A stretch of DNA of 38,845 nt from Spirochaeta sp. UBA2779 (GTDB taxonomy: Bacteria; Spirochaetota; Spirochaetia; DSM-2461), in the NCBI GenBank assembly GCA_002352375.1, contig DEIH01000249.1:1-38845 (forward strand), written 5' to 3'. Made by a program: the position numbers and the translations under genes. Each line of letters opens with the position of its first letter. The stretch's first letter is position 1. Shown piece after piece: positions 9,936 through 18,400 of the stretch. Under the pieces are notes generated by a model. It was given only the letters and a program-made list of their open reading frames with translations. It was not told the origin of the DNA and made no database searches.

Positions 9936-10220
9936 ATGTTTGTGTCTGTTGTGCTCGATCTTGGAAATGAAGACAGCCTGAAGGCGGTTACCGGACTGCT
10001 GTTCCGGTATGGTTTCCGCCAAATGCAGAAAGGTGTTTTTGAGTCCACTTCAATAGATGATAAAAGGCTCAGCCGCCTTAAAATTGATTTGGACAGAGCT
10101 ACAGACTTTTATGATTCAATACGGTTCTACCAGTATCCTGTTGAGGGAACTGTGGCCATTACCTCTTTAAGCGAGAAGCGATGGCGTCGGGTTGTTATCC
10201 GGGAACCGGAACAGGATTAA
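9936..10220 (+). CDS. cas2: Orphan Cas2/VapD-like ferredoxin-fold protein
   Basis: 94 aa; hydrophobic beta1 ending in Asp (MFVSVVLD); LL.RYGFRQMQKGVFE resembles Cas2 L..YG.RVQ.SVFE; DSIRFY resembles Cas2 D.IR.Y. No cas1 or array in the window. Confidence 0.7.
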   Translation: MFVSVVLDLGNEDSLKAVTGLLFRYGFRQMQKGVFESTSIDDKRLSRLKIDLDRATDFYDSIRFYQYPVEGTVAITSLSEKRWRRVVIREPEQD

Positions 10221-10244
10221 AACTGCATCTCGGGAGGATATTTG

Positions 10245-11349
10245 ATGCTGAATGATTTAAACGTTATTGGGAAATCCCTGGAAAAAAACATACTTGATAC
10301 CTGGAGGCGTCTTTGACTCCTCCAGCTTGAAAGATGAAGTACATCGTCTGGAGGAAATTACTTCCCAGTCAGGATTCTGGGATAATCATGAAAAAGCTGA
10401 AAATACAATGGCGGCCATCAAGAGGGTAAAAGCCCGTTATGAACCCTGGGAGACTCTGGTTGCTGAGCTTGAAGATGCTCAGGTACTGCTTTCACTGGCT
10501 GATGAGGCTGGTGATGAGAGTATGGAGGCAGAAGTTTCTCAGGCTTTTGAAGCCGTATCTCAAACCTATGAAAAATTAAAAACTCTTCAGCTATTAGGTG
10601 AGAAAACTGACTCGGCCTCAGCATTTGTCACCATTCATTCAGGGGCCGGTGGTACCGAATCCTGCGATTGGGCAGCGATGCTTTACCGAATGTACGGACG
10701 TTGGGTGGAACAGCAGGGTTTTAAGATGACCCTTCTCGATATACAGGAAGCTGAGGGCGGAATCAAGTCGGTGGATGTTCAGATTGAAGGTGATTATGTG
10801 CACGGACTGCTCAAAGGGGAAGGCGGTATCCACCGCCTGGTAAGAATCAGCCCTTTTGATTCAGCCGGAAGGCGGCACACCTCTTTTGCTTCAGTTTATG
10901 TTTCACCGGTATTTGATGATGATATTGAGGTGGATGTGAAAAGCGAAGATATCAGAGTAGATACCTACAGGGCGTCAGGGGCCGGAGGTCAGCATATAAA
11001 TAAAACCTCCAGTGCGGTGAGAATGACGCATCTGGAATCCGGGATAGTGGTTCAATGCCAGAACGAGAGAAGTCAACTCAAGAACAGAGTTACGGCCATG
11101 AAGGTACTCAAGTCCAGACTCTATGAATATTACCGTCAGAAACAGGATGAGAAGCGCGCCTCTACCGCCGCAGAAAAGAAAGATATTGGATGGGGCAGTC
11201 AGATCAGATCCTATGTATTTCACCCCTATACAATGGTAAAGGATTTGAGAACCCGTTATGAAACGGGAAATATTCAAGCTGTAATGGATGGCGATCTCGA
11301 TCCCTTTATCGAGGCGTATCTTCGCTGGCGGGCAGGTGGGTTGAGCTGA
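10245..11349 (+). CDS. prfB: Peptide chain release factor 2, translated via a programmed +1 frameshift (join 10245..10313,10315..11349; 367 aa)
   Basis: SPF (RISPFD) and GGQ motifs. True start ATG 10245 with SD GGAGG at 10233-10237. 23 codons to CTT TGA C at 10311-10317, then the +1 frame, which is the ORF-track frame. Confidence 0.96.
10303..10317 (+). promoter_or_regulatory. RF2 autoregulatory +1 frameshift cassette (internal SD GGAGG, 3-nt spacer, CTT TGA C)
   Basis: Sequence GGAGGCGTCTTTGAC matches the canonical prfB shift site. Confidence 0.95.
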
Positions 11350-11705
11350 TGAAAATCCTGGTCGTTGACGACCTTGAGTTCATGAGAACCCTGATTCGGG
11401 ACATACTCGAAACCGGCGGTCATGAAATAGTTGCCGAGGCGGCCGACGGCCGACAGGCTCTACTCCTCCGCCGGGCCTGGAATCCGGATCTTACCCTGAT
11501 GGATATTTCAATGCCCAGGATGGACGGCCTTGAAGCTTTAAAACGCATTAAAACCGACAACCCGGATTCCCGTGTTGTTATGTGTTCCTCCCTGGGTGAG
11601 CAGGAAAAAATCCTTGAGGCTATTCGCCTTGGTGCTTCAGATTATGTGGTTAAGCCCTTCCGGAAAGAACGGCTGCTCTCGGCTGTGCGGAAAGCCGTAG
11701 AATGA
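11349..11705 (+). CDS. Single-domain response regulator (CheY-like receiver)
   Basis: ILVVDD, phospho-acceptor MDISMPRMDG, VVMCSS, YVVKPF; TGATG overlap with prfB. Confidence 0.92.
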   Translation: MKILVVDDLEFMRTLIRDILETGGHEIVAEAADGRQALLLRRAWNPDLTLMDISMPRMDGLEALKRIKTDNPDSRVVMCSSLGEQEKILEAIRLGASDYVVKPFRKERLLSAVRKAVE

Positions 11706-13135
11706 GGTTTTATCGCTGGAGGATACTTCCGGGGATTCTCCTTCTTTTCATTATTACTGATGCAGTTTCTCCCGCAGAAGACAATGATTTTCCCGAAATT
11801 GTGATTGAACAGAATAACTGGCAGGTGGGAATTGCCGTTCTTGCAACGGAAAATAACGATACAGCTTCAGTTTCCGCCGCTTCCCTGATACCCCGGCTGA
11901 TACAGGATGAGCTCAGCGGTATCGACTCTCACCGATTAACCGATGCTGAGAAGTTGCAGATCCTTGATAATGCCATTGAAAAAAAAGAAATTGAAAGCTA
12001 TGCCCGATTAAGTTCCCTCTATTCCGGCAGAGACGATCAGCTGTTTAATCTCAATGCTGAACCCTCTTCTCTGAAAGAAATTGATAAACAGATTCTTGCT
12101 GAATCTCTCGTGGGAAATTATTGGCGAAATCTTTCCAGGGACATCTCATCTGTTCCTGAAATAATGCACGTATTATATCCCGGTCCGCCGGATGGCGGGG
12201 AACTCTGGAATGTGGACAGTTTCTCTTCGGAGGCCTTCAGAAAGGAGGCTCATCTCGATGTTCTGATTATCGGAAGTATTGTAAAGGTTAGAGATTATTA
12301 CGGTATCCGAATCTCCGCTCTAGGCCCTGCAGGGGAAGATATCCTGTGGGAAGGAGCCGGTGGAGAGAACGATCTTGAGACTATTTCCGCTGAGGCTGGA
12401 GCAGCTGCCAGGAGTTTGATACTCGGCCGGCCATGGGCCGCTGTAACAGTTCAGACCGATCCTCCTGAAGCCGTTATTTCTGTAAACGGGAAGAGTGCAG
12501 GAGTGGGGCTGTGGAAGGATTCCACGATGGAACCCGGCATGATAGTTCTGGAGGTGACGGCCACAGGTTATGCTCCGGAAGTATCAACCGTTGTATTAAG
12601 CCCCTATGAGGTAAAGACCATTGATGTTTCTCTCATGGAAACAGTTCAGCCACAGGTTCTGATACGCAGTGAGCCTTCAGGGGCATCTCTTCGTCTGGGC
12701 AGTATATGGCTGGGAAGAGCTCCTTTATCTGTTAATCAGCCGGACAGAGTGATGTCTGTTACAGTGGAAAAGGAAGGGTATGCCACCCGGGTTGTACCCC
12801 TTTACCCTGAAGCTGAGCACCTGACGATACCTTTGAACCTGGCTCTGGGAAATCCTGTTGAAGAATTGGCCGCTTCCAGAAATAAACTGTACAACTCCAT
12901 TGCCTGGTTTTCTTTTTCACTGGCACCGACAATTATTCTTCTGGGAGTATCCCAGAACTATGCGAATATGAATATAAACAGTTCCACACCGGAAGATATG
13001 GACTACTCCTACAATGCGTATTATCTCAGTTACGGCCTTATGTGGGGCAGTGTTGCCATCAACGTCGGTTTTCTTACAAATGTATTATTTAAGCTTTCCC
13101 GTTATCTGAAAGCAGCCGAGGGACTTTCAGATTGA
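11702..13135 (+). CDS. PEGA domain-containing exported/membrane protein
   Basis: Signal-peptide-like N-terminus; two PEGA-like units (VQTDPPEAVISVNG, IRSEPSGASL...GRAPL...VEKEGY); two C-terminal hydrophobic helices; ATGA overlap. Confidence 0.8.
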   Translation: MRFYRWRILPGILLLFIITDAVSPAEDNDFPEIVIEQNNWQVGIAVLATENNDTASVSAASLIPRLIQDELSGIDSHRLTDAEKLQILDNAIEKKEIESYARLSSLYSGRDDQLFNLNAEPSSLKEIDKQILAESLVGNYWRNLSRDISSVPEIMHVLYPGPPDGGELWNVDSFSSEAFRKEAHLDVLIIGSIVKVRDYYGIRISALGPAGEDILWEGAGGENDLETISAEAGAAARSLILGRPWAAVTVQTDPPEAVISVNGKSAGVGLWKDSTMEPGMIVLEVTATGYAPEVSTVVLSPYEVKTIDVSLMETVQPQVLIRSEPSGASLRLGSIWLGRAPLSVNQPDRVMSVTVEKEGYATRVVPLYPEAEHLTIPLNLALGNPVEELAASRNKLYNSIAWFSFSLAPTIILLGVSQNYANMNINSSTPEDMDYSYNAYYLSYGLMWGSVAINVGFLTNVLFKLSRYLKAAEGLSD

Positions 13136-13198
13136 TGGATAGAATAGATTTCTGCAGGGGTTCACGAAGAAGGTTTCATACCATAGGATACCGGCGAT

Positions 13199-14140
13199 AT
13201 GTTCGGTAGAAGAAAAAAACAGAATTCGAGAGTGACGGATTCCCCGGTTTCCCCTGTCTCTCCCAAGAATTTCGGTCGCCGTATTAAAGAACTACTCAGT
13301 CGGAGAGGCCAAATCGGTGAGGCTTTCTATGAAGAACTGGAAGATCTGTTGGTAGAGGCGGATTTCGGTGCTGCAGCAGCTGTGGATCTGGTGAATGAAT
13401 TACGGGAGTATCGCAGAAATAACTCAGGTGGATTGAGCCGTGATGAACTGATAGAAGAACTTAAGAGTCTCATCAGGCCGTCCTTGAAAGTTTTCAACCT
13501 CACCCCCGACCCTGAGAAGCTTACATTGTATCTTGTTCTGGGAGTTAATGGAGCTGGTAAAACCACTACAATAGCTAAAATGGCACATCAATTTGCTCAA
13601 AGCGGGACTGCTAAAATAGTCCTGGCCGCCGGGGATACTTTCCGTGCTGCTGCGATAGATCAACTTGAGATTCACGGGCAGCGTGTCGGTGCCCGGGTTG
13701 TAAAACAGGAGCACGGTTCGGATCCCGGTGCTGTGATATATGATGCCATAAACTCCGCCGTATCCCGAAGTGATACACTGATTATTGCAGATACCGCCGG
13801 GCGAATGCACAACCGGACCAATCTCGTGAAAGAACTCTCTAAAATTGACAGAATTATCAGAGAACGTATTGGGAACAGCGGTGTTTACAGAAAACTTCTG
13901 GTTATTGATGCTACGACCGGTCAAAATGGAATGAGGCAGGCTGAATCGTTTCATGAATCCATTGGAGTGGATGCTGTGATAATGACAAAGTATGATTCCA
14001 CGGCAAAAGGCGGCCTTGTGGCTGCTATCAGCCGTAAACTCAACCTGCCTTTTGCCTTTCTGGGACGGGGAGAGGGTATGGACGACCTTCTACCTTTCAA
14101 CCCTGAAATCTATCTAGATGAATTGCTGGCAGGCGACTGA
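13199..14140 (+). CDS. ftsY: Signal recognition particle receptor FtsY
   Basis: ELEDLLVEAD, GVNGAGKTTT, DTFRAAA, DTAGR, DATTGQNG, TKYDSTAKGG. Confidence 0.97.
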   Translation: MFGRRKKQNSRVTDSPVSPVSPKNFGRRIKELLSRRGQIGEAFYEELEDLLVEADFGAAAAVDLVNELREYRRNNSGGLSRDELIEELKSLIRPSLKVFNLTPDPEKLTLYLVLGVNGAGKTTTIAKMAHQFAQSGTAKIVLAAGDTFRAAAIDQLEIHGQRVGARVVKQEHGSDPGAVIYDAINSAVSRSDTLIIADTAGRMHNRTNLVKELSKIDRIIRERIGNSGVYRKLLVIDATTGQNGMRQAESFHESIGVDAVIMTKYDSTAKGGLVAAISRKLNLPFAFLGRGEGMDDLLPFNPEIYLDELLAGD

Positions 14141-15108
14141 TGTACTTGATGAACCGAAGAGTTCTTCTCCCATTATTGATAGCCATGGCAACAGCCGGAT
14201 TCTCATCAGCTGTTGAATGGTATCACTCTTCTCCCGGCGGTAACCAAGGCTCTCCCCTTACCAGCGGCGGCCCGGAGGCGGTCGGATGGTCTTTATCCGT
14301 TGAAAACGGAACTGATTATTTTGATGGACGAGAATCAAGGAAGCTCTATCTGGATGGTGAAATGTCTTCTTCAACGGTATATTACCGCAGGAGCGGCCGG
14401 TTGGCAGCCAGGGAAGATCTGGATTCCAGCGGTGAGATTCTATCCCGTGTGGAATATGTCTACGATAAAGAGGGAATTCCCCGGGCAATGTACATCACAG
14501 CCGGTGAAGATACATTATCAGATCTTTATGTCGAGTCTGATACAGCGGTTAATCCGGAAGGAACCTTTCATCGGCATACCGGTGGTTCTTTCGGTGATTG
14601 GCGTATTACCGATCTGAACCAATATGGTCAGCCTGTGGCCCGCAGGGTTCTTGATTCCGGGGTAATTGCCGAAGAATCTTTCTGGATTCGAAATGATAAA
14701 GGTTCCCTGAGAGAAGAGATTCACCGTTCGGGGAATGAAGAACGGCGGAGCCGATACGATTCCAACGGACGACTTCTTGAGGAAACAACAATCCGGAATA
14801 ATCTGGTTGTCCTGGTAAGAAGCTATTTCTGGACAAATATAAATCTTACCCGGGTGGAAGAGCGGGGTGAAGGACATCTTCTTGTTCGTAAAATGGAGTG
14901 GTCCGGCGACCGGATTATTCATGAAACCCGTAGTGAAAACGGTGTAATAACCAGTCAAACCGAGTGGACTACCCCTGATGAAAGGGTGGAAACTCTTTTC
15001 AGGGATGGCAAAGCGGTTATCCGGATTTACTGGAGAGGTGATACGAGGCAGCGGGAAGAATTCCTGAGAGATGGTGACGTAATACGTACCCGTGAGGGAG
15101 ATGTATGA
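14140..15108 (+). CDS. Exported hypothetical protein with beta-hairpin (YD/MORN-like) repeats
   Basis: Signal peptide (...AGFSSA-VEW); repeated Y/W-x-x-x-G-R/N-L-x-x-E units (YRRSGRLAARE, YDKEGIP, RNDKGSLREE, YDSNGRLLEE, WSGDRIIHE); overlaps both neighbours. Confidence 0.75.
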   Translation: MYLMNRRVLLPLLIAMATAGFSSAVEWYHSSPGGNQGSPLTSGGPEAVGWSLSVENGTDYFDGRESRKLYLDGEMSSSTVYYRRSGRLAAREDLDSSGEILSRVEYVYDKEGIPRAMYITAGEDTLSDLYVESDTAVNPEGTFHRHTGGSFGDWRITDLNQYGQPVARRVLDSGVIAEESFWIRNDKGSLREEIHRSGNEERRSRYDSNGRLLEETTIRNNLVVLVRSYFWTNINLTRVEERGEGHLLVRKMEWSGDRIIHETRSENGVITSQTEWTTPDERVETLFRDGKAVIRIYWRGDTRQREEFLRDGDVIRTREGDV

Positions 15109-16373
15109 AGCTTTATTCCGGTTGGAAAACCTGGGTGTCCAGAAGATTTCTTATCGGCCGCCGGGGCGGCCGGGGCCGGTTAATTTTTGTTTTTTCGGTA
15201 GTTTTGATTGGAACAGGTGTTGCAACTCTTATTACGATACTGTCGGTTATGAACGGTCTGCAGCAGGGGTATATCCGGAGCATACTTGAAATCGGATCCT
15301 ATCATCTGAAGTGGACCCCCGATCCGGACTCCTCCGGTGGGGCCGGCGATATAGGCTTAATAAATGAAATCATTGCCTCGGATCCCCGGGTGAGGCTGAC
15401 AACCGGGTTTCAAGAAGGGCAGACCATGCTCAGCGGAAAGCGTCCAAGGCCCTCGGGTGCTCTTATTCGGGGTACTGAAGTAAACCTGTATATAAACGAT
15501 AAAGCACTGTCGAAGTACATGAATATTGTGGAGGGGGAGTTCAATATCACCGGCCGGGGTATTGTTCTGGGAGATGAGCTGGCTGTAAATCTCGGTGTCT
15601 CTCCCGGGGATTCCATTACAGCTCTGGATCTTGGAGCTGTCGGAATGTCTCCCACAGAAATAGAGCTCATGGTTACCGGTATCTTTCAATGCGGTTACAG
15701 GGACTACGAATCTTCCCTTGCCTTTGTCTCCCTTGAAACCATCAGATTACTATTTGGACCAGGGGTACCTGAAATCGGAATTAAACTTATCAATCCCGAC
15801 CGTGAAAGAGCTGTGATGAAATCTCTTGAACCCGAACTGGCCGGTTTTACCGGCAGTTTGAGCTCCTGGAGGGAAAATAACAAATCTTTCTTCGGTGCTC
15901 TTCGCACTGAAAAAATAATGATGCTTCTTCTTCTTGCCCTTATTTTTGTCGTTGTTGCGGTAAACATTGATAACTCACTCCGGCGTATGGCCACAGAAAG
16001 AGTGGAGGATATCTCCATACTTAAAGCAATGGGTGCCACACCGGGAGATATCCGATTACTCTTTCTCAGGCAGGGGATTGTAATCGGTGGAACCGGCGGC
16101 GTTATCGGCAGCCTCTTCGGTGTGCTCATCGGCGCCAATGTGGATACGATACTCAAAATTGTCAGGGAGCTGCGTTATGCGCTTTCAAGCTGGTTCAACA
16201 TCGGCACATTCGGTGCCCATCCCATAGATGCTTTTTTCAGCAGTTCTCAGGTAATGGCCTCGGATGTCCTTACCGTACTGCTTTTGGCTGTTACCATGTC
16301 TTCTCTGGCAGCCGTACGCGCCGCATCCATTGCGGCCCATCAGACACCGGCGGAGGTGCTCAGAAGTGAATGA
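15105..16373 (+). CDS. LolC/LolE-family (FtsX/MacB-like) ABC transporter permease
   Basis: GVATLITILSVMNG, IVLGDELA..LG...GD, SWRENNKSFFGAL..EK.MM, ISILKAMGATP. Confidence 0.92.
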   Translation: MKLYSGWKTWVSRRFLIGRRGGRGRLIFVFSVVLIGTGVATLITILSVMNGLQQGYIRSILEIGSYHLKWTPDPDSSGGAGDIGLINEIIASDPRVRLTTGFQEGQTMLSGKRPRPSGALIRGTEVNLYINDKALSKYMNIVEGEFNITGRGIVLGDELAVNLGVSPGDSITALDLGAVGMSPTEIELMVTGIFQCGYRDYESSLAFVSLETIRLLFGPGVPEIGIKLINPDRERAVMKSLEPELAGFTGSLSSWRENNKSFFGALRTEKIMMLLLLALIFVVVAVNIDNSLRRMATERVEDISILKAMGATPGDIRLLFLRQGIVIGGTGGVIGSLFGVLIGANVDTILKIVRELRYALSSWFNIGTFGAHPIDAFFSSSQVMASDVLTVLLLAVTMSSLAAVRAASIAAHQTPAEVLRSE

Positions 16374-17046
16374 AACAACAGTAACCCTGGAGAATGTCAG
16401 TAAAACATTCAAATCAGGTTCGGATAATCTGAAAGTGCTGCGGGATGTGAATCTGATGGCATCCTCGGGAGACAGCCTCGCCGTAGTTGGAGCTTCGGGA
16501 TGCGGGAAAAGCACTTTGCTCAACCTCATCGGCGGCCTGGACAAGGCCGACTCCGGTGTAATCACCGCCTGTGGTTTTGAGGTGAGTAAGCTCAATGAAA
16601 AGCAGCTGACTTCCTACAGAACCGGTGGTGTGGGATTTATTTTTCAGTTTCACTATCTGCTTAAGGATTTTACCGCATTGGAAAATGTGATGCTGCCCTT
16701 GCTTATGAGAGGTTCCAGGCAGCAAAAGGCCCGGGACGCTTCTATGTCCCTACTGGACAAAGTTCAGGTGTCCGGCCGTTCAGGTCATTACCCCTCTCAA
16801 CTTTCCGGGGGGGAGCGGCAGAGAGTGGCCCTGGCCCGGGCACTGATTAACAATCCCACACTGATACTTGCCGATGAACCCACCGGAAACCTGGATGAAA
16901 ATCATAAAAAACTTGTTGCAGACCTGCTGTTTTCGCTGACGGCAGATGCGGGGAAAACCCTGGTGGTCGTTACCCATGCCCGTGACCTGGCGGATAGGGC
17001 TGGAAGAACTTTACACTTGAGTGAAGGACAGTTGATTCCCTCATGA
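16366..17046 (+). CDS. lolD: Lipoprotein-releasing ABC transporter ATP-binding protein
   Basis: Walker A GASGCGKST, GFIFQFHYLL, LSGGERQRV, LADEPTGNLD, VTH. GTG 16366 with GGAGG at 16352-16356 is preferred over the track start 16264. Confidence 0.92.
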   Translation: MNETTVTLENVSKTFKSGSDNLKVLRDVNLMASSGDSLAVVGASGCGKSTLLNLIGGLDKADSGVITACGFEVSKLNEKQLTSYRTGGVGFIFQFHYLLKDFTALENVMLPLLMRGSRQQKARDASMSLLDKVQVSGRSGHYPSQLSGGERQRVALARALINNPTLILADEPTGNLDENHKKLVADLLFSLTADAGKTLVVVTHARDLADRAGRTLHLSEGQLIPS

Positions 17047-18320
17047 GCGGCCCGTTTTTTACCGCCCGCAGGTTGTTTCTCAGACAGCGGCGTGAATACC
17101 ACCGGGGACACCCTTTACTGGGAGCTGCTCTGGGAATTGCATTGTCCCTTATCCCTCTGGTTACCGTGGATCATGTGGCCGATGCGATGATTGAAGGAAT
17201 CATTGCCCGGTACAGGGAAACCTCTTCTTTTCATTTTCAAATACATTCCTGGGGATCCCCCGGACAGTCCGAATGGGAAGCCCTTGTTAATGATATTAAT
17301 TCACGTAAGCTGGCTGAATCCGCATGGATTGAACGTCAGGGTTTTGGTCTTGCCAGAGCCGGTGATTTAAGGGAGGGGCTTACCCTGCGTTCTCTCCCTC
17401 CGGATTTAAATAATAGAGATAAAATATTTACCTCTTATATTGAATTTGATTCGGGAGAATGGAATCTGGATACCCCGGAGTCCATTCTCCTGGGCCGTGT
17501 GGCCGCCCGACGGCTTAATGCCGGTTTAGGGGATGAAATACGAGTTCTGACAGCCAGACGGATCAATGACGGCCGGTATGTTCCCCGGGTTTCCCGCTTT
17601 ACAGTCCGGGGGGTTTTTACCAGCGGTTATCAGGATCTGGACCGTACATGGGCGTTTATACCTCTGGATACCGGATGGTCGATATTGTCCCCTGAGAGTT
17701 CCAGAACCTTCATTGGAGGTAAGTTTTCCAATCCTTCTGCAGGTATGGAAGATAATCTGCTCCTCTTATCATCATCTCTCCCCGACCGTTGGATGGTGTA
17801 TGACTGGAGAGAGCTGAACAGGTATCTGTTGAGTAACCTTGAAAATACCCGGAATATACTTCTGTTCATCATGGCATTGATAATTCTCGTTGCTGTTTTT
17901 AATGTAATGTCGTCCCTGATTATGCTTACTCTGGAGAGGAAACGGGAAATCGGGATACTCAAATGCACCGGCAGTTCCCCATCGGATATTACAAAAACAT
18001 TTGTATTTGCCGGTATGCTTGCATCTGCGGCAGGAACTCTCACAGGCCTTGCCGGCGGCCTGCTGGTTTCCCGCTATGTCAATCAGATAATATCCGGAAT
18101 AGAGTTTTTTCTCGGAATCTTTTCTGGAGCCGGAGCCGGAGGCCCTGGTCCTAAACTTCTGAATGAAGGTTATTATCTTCAGTACATCCCCGTTCATATA
18201 CGCTGGAAGGCGACAGCGATTATCGGAATTGCCACATTTATCCTCTCACTGACAGCCAGTTATTATCCGGCTTCAAGGGCGGCAAAGCTCAAACCCCTGG
18301 ATGTTTTGAGAAAACATTGA
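17043..18320 (+). CDS. Second LolC/LolE-family ABC transporter permease
   Basis: GVFTSGYQDLD, DWRELN..L, FIMALIILVAVFN, ERKREIGILK..G, YPA.RAAKLKPLDVLR. Confidence 0.92.
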   Translation: MSGPFFTARRLFLRQRREYHRGHPLLGAALGIALSLIPLVTVDHVADAMIEGIIARYRETSSFHFQIHSWGSPGQSEWEALVNDINSRKLAESAWIERQGFGLARAGDLREGLTLRSLPPDLNNRDKIFTSYIEFDSGEWNLDTPESILLGRVAARRLNAGLGDEIRVLTARRINDGRYVPRVSRFTVRGVFTSGYQDLDRTWAFIPLDTGWSILSPESSRTFIGGKFSNPSAGMEDNLLLLSSSLPDRWMVYDWRELNRYLLSNLENTRNILLFIMALIILVAVFNVMSSLIMLTLERKREIGILKCTGSSPSDITKTFVFAGMLASAAGTLTGLAGGLLVSRYVNQIISGIEFFLGIFSGAGAGGPGPKLLNEGYYLQYIPVHIRWKATAIIGIATFILSLTASYYPASRAAKLKPLDVLRKH

Positions 18321-18400
18321 AAAATAACCGACACCATTATCCGCCGGTTACAATAGATAAATCTCGGGTATTTCAGTATTCTTAAGTACAGGAGTTATGA

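Noticed and set aside
10267-10314. ORF-track N-terminus MGNPWKK... for RF2
   Set aside because: Artefact of the +1 frameshift; the real start is ATG 10245 in another frame
7626-11349. CRISPR array or cas operon around the cas2-like gene
   Set aside because: Flanking gaps are 13 and 24 nt, I saw no regularly spaced direct repeats in any intergenic region, and the 587-aa protein shows no Cas1/Cas9/Cas12 motif that I can recognise
14140-15108. RHS/YD polymorphic toxin
   Set aside because: Only 322 aa, with no RHS core (DPxG) motif, no toxin tip or immunity gene, and a housekeeping context
16264-16365. N-terminal extension of LolD in the ORF track
   Set aside because: It lies inside the upstream permease gene; GTG 16366 has a good SD
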